NCBI RefSeq assembly: GCF_018350175.1
Contig: NC_058368.1
Location: 128,094,001-128,158,000, forward strand
Direction: 5' to 3'
DNA: 64,000 bases
Source: Felis catus
Lineage: Eukaryota
The notes under the pieces are model-generated. The model had not been told where the DNA came from. It saw nothing but the letters and a program-made list of their open reading frames with translations, and did not search any database. This document shows positions 53,010 to 64,000 of this stretch, in pieces (position 1 is the stretch's first letter; every line of letters begins with the position of its first letter). The translations under genes were made by a program, and so were the position numbers.

Positions 53010-53180
53010 CTCATATTACCTGTGTAACCAAGTGCAAGTTGCCTGACTCTCTTGGACTCTGGTTTCTTACCTGGAAAATGAGAATATTGCTTACATCATA
53101 AAACCGTTGTGCGAATACAAGGAGAGCATGCTTAAAATCCCCCGTTTAATGCCTGATAGGTATTTTGTGCTCAGAAAATG
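53010..53180 (+). mobile_element. MIR
   Basis: ctgtgtaaccaagtgcaagttgcctgactctcttggactctggtttcttacctggaaaatgagaat matches the MIR core. Confidence 0.75.
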
Positions 53181-53439
53181 TCTTCTTTCCATCTCTCTTT
53201 TTCTCTCTGCACCATTATTAATCTCTTCCTTCAACTTACAGGCAGTAAGGTGGAAAATAAAAACCAAGCTTGGCTTTTGCAATGAGACCCACTGAGACTT
53301 GAAACCTAATGTTTATTAGCAACTAGCTCAATTATTAGTTTTGCTAAATCAGTCTCTCACCCTCTAAAAAGGATCTGGGGATGTTTTATTCAGAAGCATG
53401 ACAATGACAAGTCGCTCAGGGTGACTGTGCATCTAGACT

Positions 53440-53795
53440 AAGAGTCTCAAAACAGGGCCTCATAAACCATATCCATCCAGCAATGCATGTGCTGAGGCAT
53501 TTTTCTTTGGTTGGTTGGAGGGTTTTGTTTAAAGCACTAGAGTTAATTATTAGGGTCATTTACATTATATTTCCAAAATGTTGGCTTCTTTTGAAAAAAC
53601 TGGAAGATCTAGTAACAGCTCATATTCCCTCATGGCAGCAATCACCTGGAGCTGAGCAGCCCCTGGTCACCAAACCTGGCCAGGAGCTTTCTGGTCTGCC
53701 ACACTCCCTCTGCTCCCTATTCTGCTGCACCAGGTTAGTCTCCCTCATTTGCACCAGCTCTCTAGGCCTTGATGGTTTTAAGTTTGCTACCTCTT
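53440..53795 (+). mobile_element. MER102-like hAT-Charlie element
   Basis: ggcttcttttgaaaaaactggaagatctagtaaca...attccctcatggcagcaatcacctggagctgagcagc; Charlie-type tctaga target motif on both flanks. Confidence 0.7.
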
Positions 53796-53924
53796 CTCTA
53801 GATTCTTATTCAACTAAATGATTAATTGCCTTAGAGTTACAGAACACTTGTAATGTATTTAATGTTGTTTCTTTTACAAATATCAACTCCCTGTTCTCCA
53901 GATTTTTACCACTTGCAATGTCAG

Positions 53925-54350
53925 GCCTCATTAGTTTGCTGCTGTAGCAAATTATCATAAACTTAGTGACTGAAAATGATACAAATGTATTATCTTACAG
54001 TTAGAAACATCAGAGGTCCAGAGCAGGTCTCACTGGCCTGAATTAAAGGTGACAGAGCTGTATCCATTTCTGGAAGCTCTGAAGGAGAATCTGTGTTTTG
54101 GGCTGCATTATTCTGACACTCCACTGACTCCCCACCCCCCTTTCCACTCTTAAAGACCCTTATGATTACATAGGACCTACCCAGATGATCTAGGATAATC
54201 TCCCCATCTCAAAGTCATCAGATTAGTGACCTTAATTCTATTGTCCACTTTAATTCCCCCTTGCCAGCAAATATAACATCTTCACAGGTTTCAGGGATGG
54301 AGACAGGGATAAATGGTGAGGGGAATGAGAAACAGTCTTCTACCTACCAA
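53925..54350 (-). mobile_element. MaLR solo LTR (MLT1C/D-like)
   Basis: ttagtttgctgctgtagcaaattatcataaacttagtgac...tatcttacagtt...gacccttatgattacataggacctacccagatgatctaggataatctccccatctcaa. Confidence 0.88.
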
Positions 54351-55269
54351 AGTCCTCAACACTGTTATCAAGCCTGTCTTTCCTTCAAAAACCCAGTTGA
54401 GACAGGGCTGCTGGTTTACCTAATAGTGCTGTTACAGGTTTTCATTCAAAAACAAAACAGTAAAAAATGAAAACAAACCTCCAAAATACAAACAACTCAT
54501 AGCTGACATTATAATGTGTCATGAAAAGGCAAAGCAGTTTTCTTCTGCATGCCTGTGCCTATAATTTCCAACTAGCTGTTTTTGCTTGTTCCCCCAAAAC
54601 ACCATCATTTTTATGAGTTGTTAGCAAGAACAAAGGAGGGGAAGGAGAGTAAATCGGAGTGATACCAGCTACAGAACCAAGTGCAATTCCACCTGGAGAT
54701 TTAAATAAGAGGAAAGACTCAAGAACTTATCAAAGAAACTTCTGTGTTGCCTAGGGTAGTCTAAACGCCCAGCAAAACTCAGAATAATCATTCAGTCTGA
54801 GGGTAATCTTAAACCTGAGCATAAATCCTGAAGGTGTCACTGAATATTCTGCCATGTTCCTTCTCGACAATGTTTCATAAATTGGCTAGCAAAGGTCATC
54901 TGCCTCACCCATGACACTATCAGAATTAAACAGGAAAAAGCAAACAGGACAAAGCAAACAAAATCACATGAGAAAATTTCACCTATCATCTCTTCTCCAA
55001 ATAGATTATCAAGACATTATTTCCAGTTTGGGGCAAAAAAAAAAAAAAAAAAGATGATAAAACTCATATACAACCTTTACATATCTTTAATGAGCTGAGA
55101 TACACACTTCCTTTACTACTTCAAATTTTTAAGTAACAAATCTTACAAGTTCTAAAGTATCTTTAAAATTGGTTGAATAAATGTCTGTTTTTCTCTGTAT
55201 AACATTTAAGGAATTTTCAGTACACCAAATTCTAAATATGTTACTGTGCACTTTAATTCATTCTTCAAT

Positions 55270-55620
55270 CATACACCAAGTAGGTAATCCAAATCATCTT
55301 ATCTAGCTGTGAAGGTGGGCAACATGTCAGATCCCGCCCTGCTTGAAACATTTCCATGAGTCCATAATCTTCCTGGAATCAATGCCACTATCTAATCACT
55401 CTTGTCTTCCATCTTCCAGACTCTTCCTCAGATCTTCCTAATTGTCTCTCTCCCCTACACTTCATTTTTCTAACACTAATCACAGTTTTAATTAATTATG
55501 AGGGTAAATATTTGTTCATCTCATGAGGACAGGGACACTATCTGTCTCTTTCTTTCCAGTTTCAGCTCTGTGCCTGGCAGGCACATAGTTGGCTCACAAA
55601 CAATGCTGAATGAATGAATG
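55270..55620 (+). mobile_element. L2 3' end
   Basis: ctcatgaggacagggacactatctgtct...gtgcctggcaggcacatagttggctcacaaacaatgctgaatgaatgaatg. Confidence 0.8.
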
Positions 55621-55659
55621 CTCCCTACCCTTACTTTTCTTTTTAACACACTTCTATTT

Positions 55660-55815
55660 ATTAATCCCAGACACCACTTTAAGTGTTTTACATGTATTAA
55701 TTCATTAATGCTTATAACCAATTCTATTCTGTAGAGACTGTTATTTCATTGTTTTAAAGATAAGAAAAGGGGCAGAGAAAGACTCAATAATGTACACAAA
55801 GTCACAGAGCCGTTA
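55660..55815 (-). mobile_element. MIR fragment
   Basis: aagtgttttacatgtattaattcattaatgcttataacca...ttttaaagataagaaaagg...aaagtcacagagc. Confidence 0.7.
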
Positions 55816-56124
55816 ATAACAAATAACACTTATTAAGTACTTAATAAGAACCAGGCAGGGCCATAGTTAGCCACCTAAGATGACTTTGCTCACATTACAA
55901 AAGAGATTATCTTCTTAGATGGATAAATTATAAAAGGCATCCCTCCTCCTCAATAAGTAATCCCCCACCAGGGCACAGGGTTTTTAAGTTGAGAGCAAGT
56001 TCCCACCTGCACTGGCCCGTCCACCATGAGCCTTTTCACAGAGCACAGCCTGAACAACACATGGTGCAGGGCCACAAGCTGCTCTGAGGACTAAATGGTG
56101 ACTAAGCCACAGCAACCCAATGAT

Positions 56125-56260
56125 ATTGGCATCAGTATTACCACGCCAAATTTACAGAAGAACAAAGACTCACACAAATACTTAGCTGTCCAGCTACAGA
56201 GTGACAGAGGTAGGATTCAAGCCCAAGAAATGTGGCCTCAGAGCCCACACACCTAACAAT
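56125..56260 (-). mobile_element. MIR fragment
   Basis: aatttacagaagaacaaa...agtgacagaggtaggattcaagcccaag...cctcagagccc. Confidence 0.6.
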
Positions 56261-56289
56261 CCTCCCTAGTCTCTGGGCCTCCCAGTGTG

Positions 56290-56890
56290 TCCCACAATTT
56301 AATTCACTACTGCAGCCAGAGTTTCTAAGTATCTACATCTGATCCCCTTGCTGCTTGAACACATCCCTTTCCCCCTCAAGTCAAGACTCCTTCCTATGGC
56401 TGAGAAGCCTCCTTATGATGTGATCTGGGTCACCCCCCAGCCTAATGCCTTATAGCTCTCTCCTTCTCCACCCTCCCCCTGCCCCCACTGCACACAATGA
56501 CATAATGACATGAAACATCCTGCTCTATCAATCTTCATGCCTCTGCTTGCCTCAGGCTTTAGCACATGATATTCTTTCCCAATGGAGTCCTTTTCCTCCC
56601 CTGCTGCAGTTGAATAGCTACTACTCATACCTTAAGTCTTAGCCCAAATGTCATCTAAGATTCATGTTCCTGGAACACGTGGTGTAAATTACATCCCTCA
56701 CGGATTCTTTCATCATAGTCATGTTTTTCTTAATAGCAGTATCACACAAATATGATTATTCAATCAATACCAGTTTTCCCCTATATTAAGTATCATGATG
56801 GCAGGGGCCATGTCTATCTTATTAATTAATTATATACTCAGCATTTAGCACATTCCCTAGCACACAAAGGCAACCAAACCTTGCTAAATG
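56290..56890 (+). mobile_element. L2 fragment
   Basis: actactgcagccagagtttcta...ctcaggctttagcacatg...ctactcataccttaagtcttagcccaaatgtca...catgatggcaggggccatgtcta. Confidence 0.8.
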
Positions 56891-59800
56891 TCCTTTTTGG
56901 GTGCTCACTGTGATTCCCCATTGTGACATTCACACAAGATATGGCAACCGCCTGATTATTTCTGTTAGCCTCCATTAGGTTTTAACTATTGAAAATACTG
57001 TAAAGGCAAAGATTATATCTGGACACTGATCCCACTACTGAACTTCCAGTATCTAGCACAGTGCCAACCACATATTAGGCACTCAAACATTCCAGGAAAA
57101 ATAAGGGAACAAGCATAAATAACTGGCACCTTCAGAGTAAAAATCCTCTTCATTACCATAAATGACATCCATGGAATAAAGAACTGTTGTACTTTAATGA
57201 CTTCAAAGACATAACATCGATATGGAGCAGTGAGAGGAAGTTAGCTGCTTCAAAATCTAACCCAGTATGGGAGAGAAAGAAGAGGGGTTGAGAAAATGTG
57301 GTATCAAGTTCACATAAGAGGAAAATAAAAACCTCTCTGGATCATGGATTGAGGAGCAAGAAGTACTGAGGGTCACAGGTTTTGTTTTTGCTTTTGATTT
57401 TTTTGCCAACAGTCTTTGGGGTCAAACTCTGAGGTTTTGGAAGTGCCTAAGTTTCTCCAGAGCAGAGCTGGGGTCTGCGTGCTACTAAGGAGAAAGGAGA
57501 TGGCCCCAGAGTACAGAGCATGGTGTAGAGATCTCCGGGGCACATTGGGAGAGAACCATTCCTCCTCCTGGAATCCTTTTCTAAGAGGGTACATTGCCTC
57601 CCCAAGGACAAAAGGCCCATCAGGCACGAGTCAAAGGCCTTTCAAAAGGGGAAAGAGATGCACCCAGAGAGAACATAACCTTCGCTGCTTTTAGTGGTGC
57701 TACACCATAGATTGCATACACTATGCAGGCGTGGGACCATTTTTCAGGTACAGAGGGCTTCAGACACAGCATAGAGAGGTTCTACTCTAGAGGAGGGTGG
57801 CAGATCCACGTGATTCCTTTAAGATTTTGGGTTTTGAATCCCAGCTACACACCAAAGGAAAAACACAGGAGAACTGTGGAGCAGGGAAATCTGACTGCCT
57901 TCACTATTCTGAGAGCTGCCTCAACAGTGGGGGATGTGAGATGCCCAGTGCAGGGAGGAGACATTGGGGTGGTGCCATTTTCCCCCACCCAACACTAACA
58001 TGGTGGGGACTTCAAAGTACCTCCCCTAGTGGAGGCAGGACCCGCTTACACTGAACCCTACCCTTCTATGCCTGGCAACTGCTCATTTATTAGGGATAGA
58101 CTGATCCTGAGCCAAAGCAGTGGGCCTCTCCTCCAGATCAACACAGCCAGCATCCCACATGCATCAAATGTACTGAAAATTTGACTACTTCGAAACAATA
58201 CCTGCAGTTCTGATGGAAATAGGACAGACTTACTTTTTTTATTCTATTTTTTCTCTCTTCTTCTTTTTTTTTTTCTTTTGGAATCAGCCTCAGACTTTGT
58301 TTTGTTTTTGGTTTGGTTTTATTTCCTTTTTTTACATCAGACTTTTTTATTCTTTTCCTTTCTTTTTACTCTTTTTCTTCCTTTCTTTTTCTTTAGAATC
58401 AGCCTTTTATTTTTGGATTCTCTGTTTGTTGTTGTTGTTGTTGTTTCCTTTCCTTATCTCTTTTGAGGATCAGGTTTTTTGGCCCCCTCTTTTACAGACT
58501 TACTTCAACAAACCAATCAAAGCACACCAAGGTCAAGGTCCAAACACTCCCCTCTTCAGTCAAGGAGGAGTTCTGCAGAAGACTGATCAGTGGGAAAGAG
58601 CCGCCAAAACACAACAGGAGAGTGCACACAGCATACACCAGAAACATTTCCTGAAGTTCCAGGCCCTGGACAGTGTATGACCCCTTTTCAATATAGCAGT
58701 ACTCTCAGGTACAGGACACCTAACAAGCTTTTAAAATACACAAAAGGCAGAAACTTAGCCAAAATGACAAGACAGGAATTCTCCTCAAAAGAAAGGTCAA
58801 AAAGAAATCATATGCTCAAAACAACTGTAAGCAATAATATCTGAACAAGAATTTAGGACAACAGTCATAGGATTATTAGCTGGGCTTGAAAAAAAGCATA
58901 GAAGACACCAGAGAAACCCTTGCTGCAGAGATCAAAGACCTAAAATCTCCTCAGGCTTAAATAAAAAATGCTGGAACTGAGATGCCATACTGACTGAATA
59001 CAGTCAAACAAGGACTAAAGAAGCAGAGGAGAGAACAGGTGATATAGAAGATACAAGTATGCAAAATAATGACGATAAAATAAGAGGGAGAGGAAATTGC
59101 TAGATCATGAGGGGAGACTTAGAGAATGTAGTGACTCCATAAAATGAAATAATATCCATATCATAAGAATCCCAGAAGAAGAAGTGTGGGAAAAGGGGGT
59201 GGAAGTTTTATTTGAACAAATTACAGCTGAGAACTCCCCTAATCTGGAGAAGAAAACAGGCATCCACGTCCAAGAGTCACAGAAAACCCCCCTCAAAATC
59301 AACAAAAACAGGTCAACACTATAATATATGATAATGAAACTTGAAAAATTTGAAGATAAATAGATAATTCTGAAAGCAACTAGAGACAAAATGTCCTTAA
59401 CCTACAAGGGTAAACACATAAGGTTAGCAACAGACCTGTCCACTGAAACTTGGCAGACAAGAAGGGAGTGGCAGGAAATATTCAAAGAGCTGACTGGGGA
59501 AAATATGCAGCCAAGAATTCTTTATCCAATAAGGCTGTATTTAGAAAAGAAGGAGAAATAAAGAGTTCCCCAAACAAAAATTAAAGGAGTTCATGACCAC
59601 TAAACCAGCCCTGAAAGAAACCTTAAGGAAGATTCTTTCTCTGAGTGGAGAAAAAAAAGAAAACCAAAGCAACAAAAACTACCAAGGACCAAATATCATC
59701 ACCAGAAGCATCAACTCTACAGGTAACACAATGGCACTAAATTCCTATCTTTCAATAATCACTCTGAATGTAAATTGACTAAATGCTCCAATCAAAAGAC

Positions 59801-59982
59801 AAAGGTCATCAGAATGGATTAAAAAACAAGATCCATCTATATACTGCCTACAAGAGCCTCATTTCACATGTAAAGACACGGGCAGATTGAACATGAGGGG
59901 ATGGAAAACCATCTATCATGCTAATGGAGGTCAAAAGAAAACTGGAGTAGCCATACCTATGTCAGATAAACTATATTTTAAA

Positions 59983-60195
59983 TTTTTTTTAATGTTTATT
60001 CATTTTTGAGAGACAGAGAGAGACAGAGCATGAACAGGGAAGGGGCAGAGAGAGAGGGAGACACAGAATCTGAAGCAGGCTCCAGGCTCCGAGCTGTCTG
60101 CACAGAGCCCGATGCGGGGCTCGAACCCACGAACCATGAGATCATTTCCTGAGCCAAAGTCAGACGCCCAACTGACTGAGCCACCCAGGCGCCCC
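59983..60195 (-). mobile_element. Can-SINE inserted in the L1 endonuclease region
   Basis: Perfect 18-bp direct repeat gataaactatattttaaa (59965-59982 / 60196-60213); ends gagccacccaggcgcccc. Confidence 0.98.
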
Positions 60196-62200
60196 GATAA
60201 ACTATATTTTAAAACAGACCATAACAAGAGATGAAGAAGGGCATTATATCATAATTAAGGGGTCTATCCATTAAGATTTAACAATTATAAATGTTTATGC
60301 CCACAACTTGGGAAAACCCAAATATGTAAATCCATTAATAACAAGAACTCATTAATAATAACACCATAATAGTAGAGGACTTTAATACTCCACTTACAAC
60401 AATGGACAGACCATCTAAGCAGAAAATCAATAATTAAACAATGGCTTTGAGTGACACACAGAATTCAAATTCTTCTAGAGTGACCATGGAACATTTTCCA
60501 GAATAGATCACATAATGGGTCAGAAATCAGACCTCAATAGGTACAAAAAGGTCGAGATCACACCATGCATATTTTCAGATCATAACATTGTGAAACTTGA
60601 AATCAACCACAAGAAAAAAAAAATGGAAAGCCCTTAAATACATTGGAGGTTAAAGAACATTCTACTAAAGAATAAATGGGTTAACAAAGAAATTAAGGAA
60701 GAAATAAAAAATACATGGAAGTGAATGAAAGTGAAAACACAATAGTCCAAATCCTTTGAAATGCAGCAAAGGAAGTCCTAACAGGAAAGTACGTTGCAAT
60801 TCAGATCTATTTCAAGAAGCAAGAAATGTCCCTAATATACAACCTAACCTCACACCTACAGAAGCTAGAAAAGGAGCTGCAAATAAAGCCTAAAGGAGGG
60901 AAATAATAAAGATTCGAGCAGAAACAAATGATGGTTGAACAAACAAACAAAAAACCAGTGAACAGATCAATGAAACTAAATGCTGGTGCTTTGAAAGAAT
61001 CAACAAAATTGATAACCCACTAGCCAGACTTATCAAAAAGAAAAGAGGGAGGATCCAAAGAGATAAAATCAAGAATCAAAAAGGAGAGATTACAACCAAC
61101 ACCACAGAAATCCTAACAATTTTAAGAGAGTATTATGAAAAATCATATGACAAAAAATGCGGCAATCTTCAAGAAATGGACAAATTCCTAGAAACTTACA
61201 CCCTACCAAAACTCAAACAGGAAGAAATAGAAATTTTGAACAGATTCATAACCAGCCAAGAAATTCAATCAGTTATCAATAATCTCCCAACAAACTTAAG
61301 TACTGGGCCAGATGGCTTCCCAAGGAATTCTACCAGAAATTTAAAGAAGAGTCAATATCTATTCTTCTCAAACTGTTCCAAAAAAATAAAGAAATGGGAG
61401 GAAAACTTACAAACTTATTCTATGAAGCCAGCATTACCTGATTGCAAAACAAGATGAAGACCCCACTGAAAGGGAGAATTAGAGGCCAATATCCCTGATG
61501 AGCCTGGAAATGGAAAATTGTCACCAGGATACAAGCAAATTGAATTCAACAGTACATTAAAAGAATTATTCACCACGATCAAGTGGGATTTAAGCCTGGG
61601 CTGCAGAGCTGGTATGATATTTGCAAATCAATGTGATATACCACGTTAATGAAAGAAAGGATAAGAATCATATGATCCTGTCAATAGATGTAGAAAAACC
61701 ATTTGACAAAATACAACATCTTTCTTGGTAAAAATCCTCATGAAAGTAGGGATAGAAGGAACATACCTCAACATCATAAAGGTCATATATGAAAGACCCT
61801 CAGCTAATATCATCCTCTGTGGGGAAAAACAGAGCTTTCCCCTGGAGGTCAGGAATATGACAGGGATGTCCACCCTCACCAATTTTGTTCAACACAGTAC
61901 TAGAAGTCCTAGCCTCATCCATCAGACAACAAAAAGAAATAAACTGCATACAAATCAGCAAGGAAGAAGTCAAATGTTCACTCTTCACAAATGACATGAT
62001 ACTCTACGTGGAAAGCCCAAAAGATTCCCCCAAAATACTGTTAGAACTGACACATGAATTCAGCAAAGTTGCAGGATATAATATAAACCTAAAGAAACTG
62101 GTTGCATTTCTATACACCAATAATGAAGCAGCAGGAAAGAAATTAAGGAATCAGTCCCATTTTTACAATTACACCGAAAACCTTAAGATACCTAAATATA

Positions 62201-62411
62201 GGGGCACCTGGGTGGCTCAGTTGGCTAACTATCCAACTTGGGTTCAGGTCATGATCTCATGGTTAGTGAGCCCCACGTTGGGCTCTGTGCTAACAGCCAA
62301 GAGTCTGGAGCCTGCTTCAGATTCTGTGTCTCCTTCTCTCTCTGCTCCTCCCCCGCATTCACTCACTCGCTCGCTCTCTCATAAATAAACATTAAATTTT
62401 TTTTTAATATT
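62201..62411 (+). mobile_element. Can-SINE inserted in L1 ORF2
   Basis: ggggcacctgggtggctcag head. Eroded TSD aagatacctaaatata / aagatacccaggaata. Confidence 0.95.
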
Positions 62412-63638
62412 AAGATACCCAGGAATAAACCTAACCAAAGTAGAAGAGCTATATGCTGAAACTATAGAAAGCTTATGAAATAAATTGAAGAAGACACAAA
62501 GAAGTGGAAAAACATTCCATGCTCATAGAATGGAAGAACAAATATTGTTAAAATGTTGATACTACCGAAAGCAATCTTCACATTCAATGCAATCCCTATC
62601 AAAATAACATCAGCATTCTTCACAGAGCTAGAACAATCATAAAGTTTGTAGGGAATCAAAAAAAATTAATTGAAAAAGAAAACCAAAGCTGGAGGCATCA
62701 CAATCTGGAATTCAAGATGTATTACAAAGCTGTAATGATCAACACAGTACGTACTGGTACAAAAACAGAAACACAGATCAATGGAACAGAGTAGAGAACA
62801 CAGAGATGGACCAACAAACATATGGCCAAATAGTTTTGGAAAGCAGGAAAGAATGTCCAGTGGAAAAAAGATGGTCTCTTCAGCAAATGGTGTTGAGAAA
62901 ACTGGACAGCAACATGCACAAGAATGAAATTCGACCACTCTTGCACCATACACAAAAATAAATTCAAAATCCAAGACCTAAATGCGAGACAGGAAATCAT
63001 GAAAATCCTAGAGGAGAAAACAGACAGCACCTTCTTTGACCTCAGCCACAGCAACTTCTTACTAGATGTGTCTCCAGAGGCAATGGAAACAAAAGCAAAA
63101 ATGAACCAATTTATCATCAACATAAAAACCTTCTGCACAGTCAAGGAAATAATCAACAAAACTAAAAGGCAACTGAGAGAATGAGAGACAATATTTACAA
63201 ATGACATTTTGGGTAAAGGGTTAGTATCTAAAGTCTATAAAGAACTTACCAAACTCAACACCCAAAAATACAAATAATCCAGTGAAGAAATGGGCAAAAG
63301 ACATGCAGAGACACTTTTCCAAAGAAGACATTCAGATGGCTCACAGACACATGAAAAGATGCTCAACATCACTTATCACCAGGGAAATACAAATCAAAAC
63401 CACAATGAGATACCACCTCACACCTGTCAGAGTGGCTAAAATGAACAACTCAGGAAACAACAGATGTTGGCAAAGATGCAGAGAAAGAGGAACCCTTTAG
63501 CACTGTTGGTGGGAATGCAAACTGGTGCAGCCCCTCTGGAAAACAGTATGGAGGTTCCTCAGAAAAATAAAAGATAGCATTTATCTATGACCAGGGCTAC
63601 TCTAAATATTTACCCAAAGGATACAAAAATGCTCATTC

Positions 63639-63868
63639 GGGGCGCCTGGGTGGCACAGTCGGTTAAGCGTCCGACTTCAGCCAGGTCACGATCTCGCGGT
63701 CCGTGAGTTCGAGCCCCGCGTCAGGCTCTGGGCTGATGGCTCGGAGCCTGGAGCCTGTTTCTGATTCTGTGTCTCCCTCTCTCTCTGCCCCTCCCCCGTT
63801 CATGTTCTGTCTCTCTCTGTCCCAAAAATAAAATAAAAAACGTTGAAAAAAAATTTAAAAAAAAAAAA
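63639..63868 (+). mobile_element. Young felid Can-SINE (SINEC_Fc-type) in the 3' part of L1 ORF2
   Basis: Perfect 16-bp TSD acaaaaatgctcattc (63623-63638 / 63869-63884), long A tail, CpGs retained. Confidence 0.98.
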
Positions 63869-64000
63869 ACAAAAATGCTCATTCGAAGGGGCACATGAAC
63901 CCCAATGTTTATAGCAGCACTATCAACAATAACAAAATTATCGAAAGAGCCAAATGTCCATTGACTGACAAATGGATAAAGAAGACATGGTGTATATAGA

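Larger units (their letters stand above)
57230..64000 (+). mobile_element. Third carnivore LINE-1 (5'UTR, ORF1, ORF2; runs off the window), inactivated, with three SINE insertions
   Basis: ORF1 ATG at 58764 (atgacaagacaggaattc), ORF2 ATG at 59731 (MALNSYLSIITLNVN then stop), RT region [13 protein letters not shown]. The 5' boundary is approximate. Confidence 0.93.

Noticed and set aside
58213..58680. 155-aa Phe-rich ORF resembling a membrane protein
   Set aside because: Translation of the T-rich low-complexity tract of an L1 5'UTR.

Overview
This 64-kb window is AT-rich mammalian intronic or intergenic DNA, almost certainly from a felid, because it carries tRNA-derived Can-SINEs of the cat SINEC_Fc type. 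I cannot support any intact host protein-coding gene, RNA gene or prokaryotic system. The ORF-track entries I can assign are fragments of decayed LINE-1 ORF1/ORF2, SINE read-throughs or low-complexity frames; the rest look like chance ORFs. The first ~38 kb is unique sequence mixed with ancient repeats (L2, MIR, MLT1, MER102, MER53, Charlie4a containing Tigger13a, L1M ends) and nine Can-SINEs. The last ~25 kb is about 80% LINE-1, all on the + strand. It includes a full-length younger L1 (40528-47707, with TSD) nested in ORF1 of an older, end-clipped L1 (~38710-52437), which itself sits between antisense ancient L1M fragments. A third L1 (~57230 to beyond 64000) carries three SINE insertions. 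All three L1s are inactivated. The most notable points are structural: nested insertions, a 32-bp templated copy of ORF2 sequence in an L1 spacer, a 3x~195-bp 5'UTR array and two closely spaced inverted SINE pairs. I found no convincing novel biological system. Repeat family names come from my recall of consensus sequences and need RepeatMasker/Dfam confirmation.
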